From NCBI RefSeq assembly GCF_003018115.1, contig NZ_CP027457.1: 64,000 nt of DNA, one strand, 5' to 3'. How positions within the stretch are numbered: the stretch's first letter is position 1; every line of letters starts with the position of its first letter. Below, in pieces: positions 25,980 through 45,348 of the stretch. The notes beneath the pieces were generated by a model. The model did not search any database. It was not told the DNA's origin and saw nothing but the letters and a program-made list of their open reading frames with translations. The stretch is from Escherichia coli (GTDB lineage Bacteria > Pseudomonadota > Gammaproteobacteria > Enterobacterales > Enterobacteriaceae). The translations under genes were made by a program, and so were the position numbers.

Positions 25980-26897
25980 ATGAACTTCAGACGCCTGAAA
26001 TACTTCGTAAAAATTGTAGATATTGGTAGCCTGACCCAGGCTGCTGAAGTATTGCATATCGCACAACCAGCGCTCAGCCAGCAGGTTGCCACACTGGAAG
26101 GTGAGTTAAATCAACAACTTTTGATTCGCACAAAACGAGGCGTTACGCCAACAGACGCCGGAAAAATTCTCTATACCCATGCGCGGGCCATTTTACGTCA
26201 GTGTGAGCAGGCCCAACTGGCGGTGCATAACGTTGGTCAGGCATTATCGGGGCAAGTCTCGATTGGCTTTGCGCCAGGAACCGCTGCGTCATCCATCACC
26301 ATGCCCTTATTACAGGCGGTTCGCGCTGAATTTCCGGAGGTCGTTATCTATCTTCATGAAAATAGCGGTGCAGTGCTTAACGAAAAACTGATAAATCACC
26401 AACTCGATATGGCGGTGATTTATGAGCATTCCCCTGTGGCTGGTGTATCCAGTCAGGCTTTACTGAAAGAAGATCTTTTTCTGGTAGGAACTCAAGATTG
26501 CCCGGGGCAAAGCGTTGATGTTAATGCTATTGCGCAAATGAACCTCTTTCTCCCCAGTGATTACAGTGCTATTAGACTTCGTGTTGATGAGGCTTTTTCC
26601 CTACGGCGACTCACGGCAAAAGTCATTGGTGAAATTGAGTCTATTGCCACGCTTACCGCAGCGATTGCGAGCGGCATGGGCGTTGCAGTATTACCCGAAT
26701 CGGCCGCGCGTTCGTTATGTGGCGCAGTAAACGGGTGGATGTCACGCATTACCACACCTTCCATGAGTCTCTCTTTGTCACTAAATTTACCCGCCAGAGC
26801 GAACTTATCACCACAGGCGCAAGCAGTGAAAGAGTTGTTAATGTCAGTGATGAGTTCTCCAGTGATGGAAAAAAGGCAGTGGCAATTGGTGAGCTAA
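25980..26897 (+). CDS. nac: Nitrogen assimilation control protein (LysR family)
   Basis: ORF 25950..26897; start at MNFRRLKYFVKIVDIGSLTQAAEVLHIAQPALSQQV... (305 aa). Confidence 0.93.
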   Translation: MNFRRLKYFVKIVDIGSLTQAAEVLHIAQPALSQQVATLEGELNQQLLIRTKRGVTPTDAGKILYTHARAILRQCEQAQLAVHNVGQALSGQVSIGFAPGTAASSITMPLLQAVRAEFPEVVIYLHENSGAVLNEKLINHQLDMAVIYEHSPVAGVSSQALLKEDLFLVGTQDCPGQSVDVNAIAQMNLFLPSDYSAIRLRVDEAFSLRRLTAKVIGEIESIATLTAAIASGMGVAVLPESAARSLCGAVNGWMSRITTPSMSLSLSLNLPARANLSPQAQAVKELLMSVMSSPVMEKRQWQLVS

Positions 26898-26998
26898 GCG
26901 TTATATCGGGATGGAATAAGATGCGGGTTTTTATTATTTGTTATGCCGGGCATTAGACTTTAACAATAACGGGAAATCTGAACTGCCCGGAGTTTACC

Positions 26999-27949
26999 GT
27001 GAATTTCCAACAACTAAAGATAATCCGCGAGGCTGCACGTCAGGATTACAACCTGACAGAGGTTGCGAATATGCTTTTTACCTCACAGTCAGGCGTCAGC
27101 CGTCATATTCGGGAACTGGAGGATGAACTTGGCATCGAAATATTTGTTCGACGAGGTAAGCGACTGCTGGGCATGACTGAACCGGGCAAAGCATTACTGG
27201 TCATTGCAGAACGTATTCTGAATGAAGCCAGTAATGTTCGTCGGCTTGCAGACCTGTTTACCAACGATACGTCTGGCGTTCTCACTATTGCAACGACGCA
27301 TACTCAGGCACGTTATAGCTTGCCAGAGGTCATTAAAGCTTTTCGCGAACTTTTCCCGGAGGTTCGGCTCGAGCTAATCCAGGGGACGCCACAGGAAATT
27401 GCGACGTTGTTGCAAAATGGCGAAGCTGATATTGGTATCGCCAGCGAGCGTTTGAGTAATGACCCGCAGCTCGTCGCCTTCCCGTGGTTTCGTTGGCACC
27501 ATAGTTTGCTTGTTCCACTCGATCATCCCTTGACGCAAATTACACCGTTGACGCTGGAATCAATAGCGAAGTGGCCGTTAATTACTTACCGACAGGGGAT
27601 TACGGGGCGCTCACGTATTGATGACGCATTTGTCCGCAAAGGTTTGCTGGCAGATATTGTATTAAGTGCGCAGGATTCTGATGTCATTAAAACCTATGTT
27701 GCTCTTGGGCTGGGGATTGGATTAGTTGCCGAACAATCCAGCGGCGAACAAGAGGAAGAGAATTTAATCCGTCTGGATACGCGGCATCTTTTCGATGCCA
27801 ATACTGTATGGTTGGGACTGAAGCGAGGGCAACTTCAACGTAACTATGTCTGGCGCTTTCTGGAACTTTGTAATGCAGGACTGTCAGTTGAGGATATCAA
27901 GCGCAAGGTGATGGAGAACAGTGAAGAGGAAATTGATTATCAGATATAG
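26999..27949 (+). CDS. cbl: CysB-like LysR-family regulator of sulfonate utilisation
   Basis: 316-aa ORF MNFQQLKIIREAARQDYNLTEVANMLFTSQSGVSRHI... Confidence 0.93.
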   Translation: MNFQQLKIIREAARQDYNLTEVANMLFTSQSGVSRHIRELEDELGIEIFVRRGKRLLGMTEPGKALLVIAERILNEASNVRRLADLFTNDTSGVLTIATTHTQARYSLPEVIKAFRELFPEVRLELIQGTPQEIATLLQNGEADIGIASERLSNDPQLVAFPWFRWHHSLLVPLDHPLTQITPLTLESIAKWPLITYRQGITGRSRIDDAFVRKGLLADIVLSAQDSDVIKTYVALGLGIGLVAEQSSGEQEEENLIRLDTRHLFDANTVWLGLKRGQLQRNYVWRFLELCNAGLSVEDIKRKVMENSEEEIDYQI

Positions 27950-27955
27950 CAAAAA

Positions 27956-27976
27956 GCCCGCTATAAAAGCGGGCTT
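27956..27976. terminator. Bidirectional terminator between cbl and tRNA-Asn
   Basis: Hairpin gcccgctataaaagcgggc flanked by A-run and T-run. Confidence 0.7.
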
Positions 27977-27986
27977 TTCAGAAATT

Positions 27987-28062
27987 TGGCTCCTCTGACT
28001 GGACTCGAACCAGTGACATACGGATTAACAGTCCGCCGTTCTACCGACTGAACTACAGAGGA
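27987..28062 (-). tRNA. asnU: tRNA-Asn (GUU)
   Basis: 76-nt sequence identical to the other tRNA-Asn copies. Confidence 0.95.
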
Positions 28063-28222
28063 ATCGCTGTTGAGGCACATCTTAACGGCGAAAAATCTTT
28101 TGTCAAACCCGATTTTTAAATTTCCCAACTGTTTGCCGTTTCTATCAACAGTTTGTTGCATTTGCAGACAATTTGTTGGCGAAAATCTTTGCAGCTTTGC
28201 TGATTCTCCCTCATTATTTGAA

Positions 28223-29710
28223 ATGTGGTTTCACTTTCTGCAATTAAGGTCGGCTTTGAATATCTCCTCTGCTTTACGCCAGGTTGTTCACGGCACTCGC
28301 TGGCACGCTAAACGCAAGAGCTACAAAGTGTTGTTCTGGCGCGAGATAACCCCGCTTGCTGTTCCTATCTTCATGGAGAATGCCTGTGTCCTGTTGATGG
28401 GGGTTCTGAGCACTTTTCTGGTCAGCTGGCTGGGAAAAGATGCGATGGCCGGCGTGGGATTGGCGGACAGCTTCAATATGGTCATTATGGCTTTTTTTGC
28501 TGCTATCGATCTTGGTACTACTGTCGTTGTGGCATTTAGTCTCGGTAAGCGGGATCGACGACGAGCGAGGGTGGCGACGCGGCAGTCATTGGTGATCATG
28601 ACGTTGTTTGCCGTACTGTTGGCAACGCTTATTCATCATTTTGGCGAACAAATTATTGATTTCGTCGCGGGTGATGCCACGACAGAAGTTAAAGCACTGG
28701 CGTTGACTTATCTGGAGCTGACGGTACTCAGTTATCCAGCAGCTGCCATCACTCTTATTGGTAGCGGGGCACTTCGTGGTGCAGGGAATACGAAAATACC
28801 GCTATTGATTAACGGTAGCCTGAATATTCTTAATATTATTATTAGCGGCATATTGATTTACGGCCTTTTCTCCTGGCCGGGACTGGGATTTGTCGGGGCA
28901 GGGCTGGGTTTAACCATTTCTCGTTATATTGGCGCAGTTGCAATTTTGTGGGTGCTGGCGATTGGTTTTAATCCTGCGCTAAGGATTTCGTTAAAGAGCT
29001 ATTTTAAACCGCTGAATTTTAGCATTATCTGGGAAGTCATGGGGATTGGTATTCCCGCGAGTGTCGAATCAGTGTTATTTACCAGTGGTCGGTTATTAAC
29101 CCAAATGTTCGTTGCCGGGATGGGGACCAGTGTTATTGCCGGAAATTTTATCGCGTTTTCAATTGCGGCTCTTATCAACTTACCCGGAAGTGCGCTCGGC
29201 TCTGCTTCTACGATCATTACAGGCCGAAGGTTGGGGGTAGGGCAGATAGCGCAAGCAGAGATTCAGTTGCGGCATGTGTTCTGGCTGTCCACTCTTGGAT
29301 TAACGGCCATCGCCTGGCTAACGGCTCCCTTTGCCGGGCTTATGGCATCGTTTTACACCCAGGATCCACAAGTTAAACATGTCGTTGTGATTCTGATTTG
29401 GCTAAATGCTTTATTTATGCCTATTTGGTCCGCCTCATGGGTGCTACCCGCTGGATTTAAAGGTGCTCGTGATGCCCGTTACGCCATGTGGGTTTCGATG
29501 TTGAGCATGTGGGGTTGTCGGGTTGTCGTCGGTTATGTGCTGGGAATCATGCTTGGCTGGGGTGTGGTTGGTGTCTGGATGGGAATGTTTGCCGACTGGG
29601 CTGTGCGGGCCGTGCTGTTTTACTGGCGAATGGTTACTGGACGTTGGCTATGGAAATACCCTCGATCCGAGCCGCAAAAGTGTGAAAAAAAGCCAGTTGT
29701 GTCGGAATAA
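28223..29710 (+). CDS. yeeO: MATE-family multidrug/flavin efflux transporter
   Basis: ORF 28070..29710; start placed at MWFHFLQL... (ATG 28223, 495 aa) because the longer frame begins only 8 nt from the divergent tRNA. Confidence 0.82.
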   Translation: MWFHFLQLRSALNISSALRQVVHGTRWHAKRKSYKVLFWREITPLAVPIFMENACVLLMGVLSTFLVSWLGKDAMAGVGLADSFNMVIMAFFAAIDLGTTVVVAFSLGKRDRRRARVATRQSLVIMTLFAVLLATLIHHFGEQIIDFVAGDATTEVKALALTYLELTVLSYPAAAITLIGSGALRGAGNTKIPLLINGSLNILNIIISGILIYGLFSWPGLGFVGAGLGLTISRYIGAVAILWVLAIGFNPALRISLKSYFKPLNFSIIWEVMGIGIPASVESVLFTSGRLLTQMFVAGMGTSVIAGNFIAFSIAALINLPGSALGSASTIITGRRLGVGQIAQAEIQLRHVFWLSTLGLTAIAWLTAPFAGLMASFYTQDPQVKHVVVILIWLNALFMPIWSASWVLPAGFKGARDARYAMWVSMLSMWGCRVVVGYVLGIMLGWGVVGVWMGMFADWAVRAVLFYWRMVTGRWLWKYPRSEPQKCEKKPVVSE

Positions 29711-29810
29711 ACGACAAAATGCAGATTATTTCAGCAAACGATTTCAAATTTAAAAAACAGGCTTTGACATTGTGGGTGGGCATCGCTAATATTCGCCTCG
29801 TTCTCACGAT

Positions 29811-29886
29811 TCCTCTGTAGTTCAGTCGGTAGAACGGCGGACTGTTAATCCGTATGTCACTGGTTCGAGTCCAGTCAGAGGAGCCA
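29811..29886 (+). tRNA. asnW: tRNA-Asn (GUU)
   Basis: 76-nt canonical tRNA-Asn on the plus strand, inverted relative to the other three copies. Confidence 0.95.
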
Positions 29887-29948
29887 AATTTTAGTTTTGA
29901 GACATCTCTATGAGTCTCAAGGCAGTTAAAAAATAAAAATTATTTTTA

Positions 29949-29984
29949 CCCGGCCACTTTGTAAAAAAGTGGCCGGGTTTTTTG
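29949..29984 (+). terminator. Intrinsic terminator downstream of plus-strand tRNA-Asn
   Basis: Hairpin cccggccactttgtaaaaaagtggccggg followed by a T-run. Confidence 0.75.
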
Positions 29985-30335
29985 ATTTCTGTGTTTCGTG
30001 CGCTTAATCGAGTCTCACGCTTCAGTGAGCAAATTGCCCCTCCCCAACAGACATCACGATTCACAAGGTCAAAAATTCTGTTCCATGAAGTACCGTACAA
30101 AGATAAAGAGAAAAATGCCTTATGCGGGATGTCGCTGTCGCGTCTTTATCGGGAAACTATACGTAATTACCACTTGCCTTCTGTAATCAGAAAAAGAAGA
30201 CCTGGAATTTTAATAAATATTATTTCTCTGGGGGGATTTTTATAATCAATATGACGAGTTGAAAATTATATTCTTTATAAGAATTATATGAGGTTAAAGA
30301 AATCTGCCGTAAAGACAGATTTCTTTAAAAGATAA

Positions 30336-31052
30336 TTAGAGATTTGCGACGTTATGATAAACTTTTTGTACATCGTCGTCATCTTCAAGGGCATCAACAA
30401 GCCCTTCAAAGATTTCTAAATCTTCTGGGGAAAGCTCAACTTCAGATTGAGCAATCATTTCTAATTCTGTTGTTGAGAACTCAGTGATTCCAGCTGCTTT
30501 TAGAGCCGCGATTCCTTTATGAAGGTCAGTAGGTTCGGTATAAATAACAATGTTACCTTCTTCTTCAGTCACATCACGAACATCAACTTCAGCTTCAAGT
30601 AAAATTTCAAAAATATGGTCAGGGTCTGATCCTTTAAATACAATCACACCAGTATTGTCAAACATATAGCTGACAGAACCTGCCGCTCCGATATTGCCGC
30701 CTTTTTTATTGAAAATTGTGCGAACGTTAGCAATCGTACGGTTAACATTTGAAGTCAATGTCTCGGCGATAATCATTGAGCCATTAGGACCAAAGCCTTC
30801 ATAACGGCCCTGCACGAATGTTTCATCTCCGCCGCCTTTGGCTTTATCAATTGCTTTATCAATAACGTGCTTTGGAACTTGTGCCTGCTTTGCACGTTCA
30901 ATAACGAATTTTAAAGATGTGTTTAATTCTGGATCGGGTTCACCTTGTTTAGCGGCAGCATAGATTTCTACACCGAATTTTGCATAAATTTTAGACGTTG
31001 CACCGTCTTTAGCCGTTTTTTTAGCAACAATATTGGCCCATTTACGTCCCAC
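30336..31052 (-). CDS. yeeN: YebC/PmpR-family transcriptional regulator
   Basis: 238-aa [34 protein letters not shown]... Confidence 0.9.
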   Translation of the reverse strand: MGRKWANIVAKKTAKDGATSKIYAKFGVEIYAAAKQGEPDPELNTSLKFVIERAKQAQVPKHVIDKAIDKAKGGGDETFVQGRYEGFGPNGSMIIAETLTSNVNRTIANVRTIFNKKGGNIGAAGSVSYMFDNTGVIVFKGSDPDHIFEILLEAEVDVRDVTEEEGNIVIYTEPTDLHKGIAALKAAGITEFSTTELEMIAQSEVELSPEDLEIFEGLVDALEDDDDVQKVYHNVANL

Positions 31053-31394
31053 TGGAATGATCTCCTCGAAAATTTATTTACATTACTGGTAAATCGTTAA
31101 CATGTGTTAATTCGGCATATTATATCATAACAGGAAAAATCTCGTCTATTAGAAATAAAAATATTCTAAAGCCATAATCTTATATTTAATTTTATAAAAA
31201 CTTATATTGTTGGCGGGATTTTTTATAATTGTGTTTTGAAAGCATACTTGCTTTTAATATGTGGAAATCATTAAGACGATAATAAAACTCGTATCCGCCC
31301 AAGGAAGCAAACAGCCCGCGTTTATTGCGGGCTATTTGCCAGATGTCTTACTTAATCCTTCACATCTATTTTTGATAAGAAGGTTCAGAACTTA

Positions 31395-32849
31395 TTATCG
31401 GAACGGCGGCTCATTAAAGGTTCGTAATTTACGTGAATGCAGTCGGTCGCCTTCTGCGCGCAGCAAATCGATCGCCCGAATGCCAATTTGTAGGTGTTCG
31501 GAAATAGCGCCTTCATAAAAACGGTTAGCCTGACCGGGAAGTTTAATCTCGCCATGCAACGGTTTATCTGAAACACACAGTAGTGTCCCGTATGGCACGC
31601 GGAAACGATATCCTTGCGCGGCAATGGTTGCACTTTCCATATCAATTGCTACGGCCCGGCTTAAGTTAAAACGAAGTGCAGAAGCTGAGTAACGTAATTC
31701 CCAGTTCCTGTCATCTGTGGTTACCACAGTACCAGTACGTAGCCGCTGTTTGACTTCCTCACCGGGCCTGCCGCTCACCAGCTTGGTGGCGTCATAAAGC
31801 GCACGTTGCACTTCAGCAATGCTCGGAATAGGAATATCGGGCGGCAGAACCGCATCAAGAACGTGGTCATCGCGTAAATAAGCGTGTGCAAGTACATAAT
31901 CGCCAATGGCCTGACTTTCACGTAATCCGCCACAGTGACCAATCATCAACCAGACATCCGGGCGTAGCACTGCCAGATGATCGCAGATGGTTTTAGCATT
32001 TGACGGTCCCACGCCAATATTCACCAGAGTAATACCCTGACCATCGGCGGTAATTAAATGCCATGCTGGCATCTGGTGTTTTTTCCATGCAAGGTCGGAA
32101 ATGGCTTCTTCTGGCGCTTCGGTTTCGGCGGTGATCCAGTTCCCGCCAGCACAAGAAAGGGCAATGTAGGGACTATCAGGATCGAGGATCTGGCTGCATC
32201 CCCAACGAACGAATTCATCCACATAACGTGTATAGTTGGTAAACAAGACGAACGGCTGAAAATGTTCAACTGGCGTACCGGTATAATGGCGCAACCGTGC
32301 GAGGGAAAAATCGACGCGGCGCGCATCAAAATGCGATAGCGGGGAGAATTCAGTTGGATGATAAATGCCGTCTGCAGTTTCATCGCCAATTTGCGCCAGT
32401 TCTGTTGTCGGGAAATAGCGAGTTAACCCAGCGCTCATTGAGCGATCAAGTGTCAATTCAGAGCCATCGATGACATAAGGATAAGGGATTTCATGCTGCG
32501 AGGGTTGCACCGAGATATGCGCACCATAATCCTGATACAGCAACGTAAGTTGTTCATTGAGATACGAACGAAAGAGAGTAGGGCGAGTAATCGTGGTGGT
32601 GTAGCTGCCTGCGTGAGTAAAACGACCAAATGCGCGCGTTTTAGGGGGATTGGTTGTGCTACCATCCCAGGTTACGGTCAGTGATGGATAGACAAAAAGA
32701 CCTTGTTTGCGGGCGTTTTCATCAGGTAATTCGCCACTTGTAATATATTTGCCAATGGCGTTGCGTAAAGCGACTACAGATTGCTCATACAGCGCGTCGA
32801 GTTTATCCAGTGCCTGAGCTGGGGTCAGACCGGAGCCCTTATTATTCAT
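31395..32849 (-). CDS. amn: AMP nucleosidase
   Basis: ORF 31395..33005; start at MNNKGSGLTPAQALDKLDALYEQSV... (ATG 32849, 484 aa). Confidence 0.92.
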   Translation of the reverse strand: MNNKGSGLTPAQALDKLDALYEQSVVALRNAIGKYITSGELPDENARKQGLFVYPSLTVTWDGSTTNPPKTRAFGRFTHAGSYTTTITRPTLFRSYLNEQLTLLYQDYGAHISVQPSQHEIPYPYVIDGSELTLDRSMSAGLTRYFPTTELAQIGDETADGIYHPTEFSPLSHFDARRVDFSLARLRHYTGTPVEHFQPFVLFTNYTRYVDEFVRWGCSQILDPDSPYIALSCAGGNWITAETEAPEEAISDLAWKKHQMPAWHLITADGQGITLVNIGVGPSNAKTICDHLAVLRPDVWLMIGHCGGLRESQAIGDYVLAHAYLRDDHVLDAVLPPDIPIPSIAEVQRALYDATKLVSGRPGEEVKQRLRTGTVVTTDDRNWELRYSASALRFNLSRAVAIDMESATIAAQGYRFRVPYGTLLCVSDKPLHGEIKLPGQANRFYEGAISEHLQIGIRAIDLLRAEGDRLHSRKLRTFNEPPFR

Positions 32850-32950
32850 GTGTGTCTCCTGTTCCATACAATTACCGCACATCCGATAGTATGTCACAGA
32901 AATGTGAAACAAAAGTGTAAGGCGAAGATCGGATGATCTTCGCCAGGCTA

Positions 32951-34267
32951 TCAAGCGCGTTGACTGTCTTTCATCAACAAAGCGGTCATTGCGGAAATCA
33001 GGCATCCAGCCAGCAAATAAATGGCGACGCTATGCCAGTTCCCGGCAAAGTAAGTGATGAGTGCAGCGGCAATAAAAGGTGTAAATCCACCGCCAACCAC
33101 ACTGGCAACCTGATAACCGACTCCAGCGCCACTATAGCGATAACTGGCACCAAACATTTCGGTAAACATCGGTTGTTGCACACACACCACCATGTCATGC
33201 GCAATGTTTGCCAGCATTATGGAGAAGAAAACTATCCAGAAAATAGATTGTGCTTCAAGCGCCATAAAGAAAGGAAATGCGCTCAACGTTCCGATTAACG
33301 CACCTGTGATATAAACCCTGCGGCGACCAAAACGATCGGCAAGCCAGGCAAAACAGGGAATTGTCAGGCAGCTTAATCCACCTACCAGCAAACCAATATT
33401 AAGGAAAAGTTCGCGCGGTAACCCCATATTCTGGGTTGAATAATTAAGTGCAAAGGCGGTAACGATGTACATCGTCAGCAACTCGCACAGCCGTAGCGCA
33501 ATAATCTTCAGGAAAGCACCAGGATGTCGTAACAGCGCTTCGATAACCGGGATGCGTTTTTTCGCGGCAGCTTGATTATGTTGCTGTTGTTCAAATTCCG
33601 CGGACTCTTCCATGCCATTGCGCACCCACAATGCTCCCAGTACCAGTACGATGCTAAACAGGAAAGGAATGCGCCAGCCCCAGCTTAAAAACTGTTCGTC
33701 AGTCGTCATTATACTGATCAATGAAACCAGTCCGGTTGAAAGCAGTAAACCTACTCCGTAGCCAACTTGTACACCGCTACTGTAAAAGGCTTTTTTATTT
33801 TCCGGCGCACTTTCAACGGAAAGCAACGCCGCGCCTCCCCATTCGCCGCCGACGGCAAATCCCTGAATGGCACGCAGTGTCACCAGCAAAATAGGTGCCC
33901 ACCACCCAATGGTCGAGAATGAAGGAAGAATACCAATCAAGGCTGTCGCGATGCCCATCATCCAGACGGTCAGCATTAACATGCGCTTACGTCCCAGTCG
34001 GTCGCCAAAGTGACCGAAAATGACACCGCCGAGCGGACGGAAAAGGAATCCGACGCCAAAGGTGGCAAATGCGGCGAGCGTTCCCATAGCCGGGCTTACT
34101 TGCGGGAAAAACTCGCGATTAAAAACCAGTGCGGCGGTAATGCCATAGAGTAAAAAATCATACCAGTCGACGACGGCACCAGCGAAACTGCCTAACGCAG
34201 CTCGTCGGGCGCGACTTAACGAAAGCGTCCCTTCATCGGGACGAGTGGAGATGAGCGTGGAGTCCAT
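32951..34267 (-). CDS. shiA: Shikimate:H+ symporter (MFS)
   Basis: 438-aa 12-TM MFS ORF MDSTLISTRPDEGTLSLSRARRAALGSFAGA... Confidence 0.92.
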   Translation of the reverse strand: MDSTLISTRPDEGTLSLSRARRAALGSFAGAVVDWYDFLLYGITAALVFNREFFPQVSPAMGTLAAFATFGVGFLFRPLGGVIFGHFGDRLGRKRMLMLTVWMMGIATALIGILPSFSTIGWWAPILLVTLRAIQGFAVGGEWGGAALLSVESAPENKKAFYSSGVQVGYGVGLLLSTGLVSLISIMTTDEQFLSWGWRIPFLFSIVLVLGALWVRNGMEESAEFEQQQHNQAAAKKRIPVIEALLRHPGAFLKIIALRLCELLTMYIVTAFALNYSTQNMGLPRELFLNIGLLVGGLSCLTIPCFAWLADRFGRRRVYITGALIGTLSAFPFFMALEAQSIFWIVFFSIMLANIAHDMVVCVQQPMFTEMFGASYRYSGAGVGYQVASVVGGGFTPFIAAALITYFAGNWHSVAIYLLAGCLISAMTALLMKDSQRA

Positions 34268-34581
34268 AATGATCCTGTTTGTACTGTCTTTTTATAATTA
34301 GTATGGAAAAGGTAACTCACATTGCTGTCGATCTATAAACGAACCTTATGAGACTACCTCGACAGAGCGCATCTGCAAATGATTTTATGGCTGATGAGCA
34401 GCAACATGAAAAATTCGCTGGAAGATGAAAGCGCAGGAGTTGCTGGTGTTGTTTAAGGATTAAGCAGAGGCCCCACAGGTTCGAGATATGAAACATAAAA
34501 GTCCGCATATGCACAAAATTGCACCCTGATGATTCTGATAGACTGCATTGCATTATAACCAGTAGGGAGGCGAGGTTAGTT

Positions 34582-35634
34582 ATGTTTTTAGCATCATTGT
34601 TGAGACGTATTGTATTTAGTTACTACGATTATAAAGCTTATAATTTCAATATTGAAAAAACAGAGTTTGTTGTTATCCATATTCCCGATCAGATTGGCGA
34701 TGCTATGGCCATCTTTCCTGTTATTCGGGGGCTTGAATTGCATAAAATTAAGCATCTTTTAATTGTAACGTCGACAATTAATTTAGAAGTCTTTAATGCG
34801 CTCAAACTTGAACAGACTAAATTAACATTAGTCACAATGACTATGCAGGATCACGCAACATTAAAAGAAATAAAAGATTTAGCGAAGAACATAACACAGC
34901 AATACGGTACGCCGGATCTTTGTATAGAGGCGATGCGTAAAAAGAACCTGAAAACGATGTTATTTATCAGTCAGTTGAAAGCAAAAACGAATTTTCAGGT
35001 TGTTGGTTTAACCATGAAGTGCTATTCCCCTTTGTGTAAGAACGCGTCCCGGATGGATCAGAATCTCCGGGCTCCTGTACCCATGACATGGGCATTTATG
35101 ATGCGGGAGGCGGGTTTTCCAGCAGTCAGGCCAATATATGAATTGCCACTAAGTGAGGATGTACTCGATGAGGTGCGCGAGGAAATGCGATCGTTAGGAG
35201 CTTACATTGCGCTCAATTTAGAAGGTAGCTCGCAGGAACGTACATTTTCACTATCGATTGCAGAAAATCTAATAGAAAAAATTCAAAGTGAAACAGATAT
35301 ACCAATAGTGATCGTTCATGGACCAAAAGGGGAAGGTAAAGCCAGGGCATTAGTGGATTGTTATAATAATGTCTACCGTTTATCCTTATCACCCTCGATT
35401 AAACGTTCAGCAGCAATCATAAAAGATGCTTATATCGCAATAACTCCTGACACCTCAATATTACATATGGCAAGTGCCTATAATACCCCCGTTGTTGCAA
35501 TTTATGCTGATTACAAAACGCGATGGCCCGCAATGGCCGATGTTTCGGAGTCAGTCGTCGTTGGGCAAAAAATTGACAATATAAGTCTGGATGAATTCGC
35601 AAAGGCATTAAAAAGTGTTTTGGCGAGAATATGA
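34582..35634 (+). CDS. yeeL: Glycosyltransferase family 9 (heptosyltransferase-like) protein, apparently intact
   Basis: ORF 34519..35634; start placed at ATG 34582, which follows a GGGAGG RBS (about 350 aa). C-terminal GT9-type motif (ITPDTSILHMASAYNTPVVAIYADY). AT-rich codon usage. Confidence 0.75.
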   Translation: MFLASLLRRIVFSYYDYKAYNFNIEKTEFVVIHIPDQIGDAMAIFPVIRGLELHKIKHLLIVTSTINLEVFNALKLEQTKLTLVTMTMQDHATLKEIKDLAKNITQQYGTPDLCIEAMRKKNLKTMLFISQLKAKTNFQVVGLTMKCYSPLCKNASRMDQNLRAPVPMTWAFMMREAGFPAVRPIYELPLSEDVLDEVREEMRSLGAYIALNLEGSSQERTFSLSIAENLIEKIQSETDIPIVIVHGPKGEGKARALVDCYNNVYRLSLSPSIKRSAAIIKDAYIAITPDTSILHMASAYNTPVVAIYADYKTRWPAMADVSESVVVGQKIDNISLDEFAKALKSVLARI

Positions 35635-35895
35635 GGCAGTACTTATGAATAGTAATGCCGATCTGTTATGAACGGTGGTGTCATCAATACTCTGAGGCTG
35701 GTCAATCATCACAGAAAACCAGCCTTTAGATCAAAGCAGTACTCACCGAAAATGATCATAGTCACATCGAACGCGATTCTGGCGGTGCAGCATTTTTATT
35801 TATTCATTTTCTGTGAGAGAAGGGCAAGCTCTATAGAGGGAATGTAAAAAAGAGTGCCCCGAATGGAGCACTCTTTAAGAAATTATAACGGAAAA

Positions 35896-43878
<7,983 letters not shown>

Positions 43879-44191
43879 GCTTACCTTCCCTGAACGAGCT
43901 AACATAAATGCGCCCTTTCTAGCACAGCGAAAAAATGTAAATCCTGATAGCAATATGATTGAAAATTAATAACTTTTCGTTAGGCAGTTTTGGGGGTGAG
44001 TTGCAAGAGGGGAGACTACTGAATAACTCAAGTTTTATAATCGAGGGGAAAATGGTGATGGCGTTCATAGCAAAACGCCCTCAACCATAAAGGTCGAGGG
44101 CGCTTAAGATGTTAAAAACCCGCTATCCGTTAAAAAACAATGTTCAACTAAGGTCAGTGACATTGCGCTAAAAAAGCGAATTTTTAGAATT

Positions 44192-44267
44192 TGGCTCCTC
44201 TGACTGGACTCGAACCAGTGACATACGGATTAACAGTCCGCCGTTCTACCGACTGAACTACAGAGGA
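44192..44267 (-). tRNA. asnT: tRNA-Asn (GUU)
   Basis: 76-nt canonical tRNA-Asn; 5'-flank conserved with the copy at 25579-25654. Confidence 0.95.
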
Positions 44268-44367
44268 ATCGTGTGAACGGGGCGCATATTACTTAGCGGT
44301 ACCTTGTCTGTCAACACTAAATTTCATAAGTCATTTCAATTGGTTAATTAATCTGCAAAGTTGTTAA

Positions 44368-45165
44368 TTAATGAACATTCGTCGCCGAAAACGAGTCTGT
44401 ATCATTAGCGTGATGCAGTCTCTGCAAAGGATCTTGTTGATAAAATTGGCAGAAACGTTGCCACAATGAAGGGAAACGAGGAGCAAAAAGTTCTGGGGCG
44501 CTAAAGAAATATTCAGAAAGTACGGCAAAACATTCAGCAGGATCACTGGCAGCATAAGCATCAATGCTCGCCGCATTCTCGCCAACCAATTCGATTTCTT
44601 CCTGAATGTTGTTCATTGCAGCATGAAGATCGTGTTCCCAGCCAGCAACCTCACGCAACGGAATAAAGGGAACACCGCTGGCGCGATCGCCGTTACGGGT
44701 GTCCAGCTTATGAGCGACTTCATGAATAATCAGGTTAAAACCAGAAGCATCAAAAGAATCTTGTATATCCAACCAGTTCAAAACGATAGGCCCTTGCTGC
44801 CAGCTCTGACCTGACTGAACAATACGTTGGTTATGCACCAGACCGATATCGTCTTCCCATTCATCATCGACCACAAATGGCGCAGGATAAATTAAGACTT
44901 CATGAAAACCATCCAGCCATTCCAGTCCTAACTCCAGAACGGGTAGGCAAAATAGAAGTGCTATCCGGCAGCTTCTTAATGAATCCAGTTCAAAGCCCTG
45001 TAAAGGAACAAGCCGCTTTTGCTGTAAAAAACGTTCGGCAAGAGTGACTAATTTGCTTTGTTCCTGTTCCGTCAGACACGTTAAAAGGGGGATCGATAGT
45101 GCTTCCTGCCAGGGAAGGGCAGTTTGATGTGCTGATTCTTGTACTTTCCAGGGCCACTTAATCAT
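44368..45165 (-). CDS. mtfA: Mlc titration factor A (zinc metallopeptidase-like)
   Basis: ORF 44368..45204; start at [28 protein letters not shown]... (265 aa); HEVAH motif present. Confidence 0.9.
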   Translation of the reverse strand: MIKWPWKVQESAHQTALPWQEALSIPLLTCLTEQEQSKLVTLAERFLQQKRLVPLQGFELDSLRSCRIALLFCLPVLELGLEWLDGFHEVLIYPAPFVVDDEWEDDIGLVHNQRIVQSGQSWQQGPIVLNWLDIQDSFDASGFNLIIHEVAHKLDTRNGDRASGVPFIPLREVAGWEHDLHAAMNNIQEEIELVGENAASIDAYAASDPAECFAVLSEYFFSAPELFAPRFPSLWQRFCQFYQQDPLQRLHHANDTDSFSATNVH

Positions 45166-45258
45166 CGTTTTGCTCGCAAACTCGTCACTTGAACAAAATT
45201 GCACGGACAGGGACTGTTAAAATGCCAAATTTCCTGGCATCATGGCAACCATCTGAAC

Positions 45259-45348
45259 GGAGAGATGCCGGAGCGGCTGAACGGACCGGTCTCGAAAACC
45301 GGAGTAGGGGCAACTCTACCGGGGGTTCAAATCCCCCTCTCTCCGCCA
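45259..45348 (+). tRNA. serU: tRNA-Ser (CGA)
   Basis: 90-nt GGAGAGATGCCGGAGCGGCTGAACGGACCGGTCTCGAAAACCGG...CTCTCCGCCA with long variable arm, anticodon CGA. Confidence 0.93.

Noticed and set aside
28070-28222. Longer 546-aa version of the yeeO ORF starting at 28070
   Set aside because: That start lies only 8 nt from the divergent tRNA-Asn, with no room for a promoter or RBS; the internal ATG at 28223 gives a 495-aa MATE protein.
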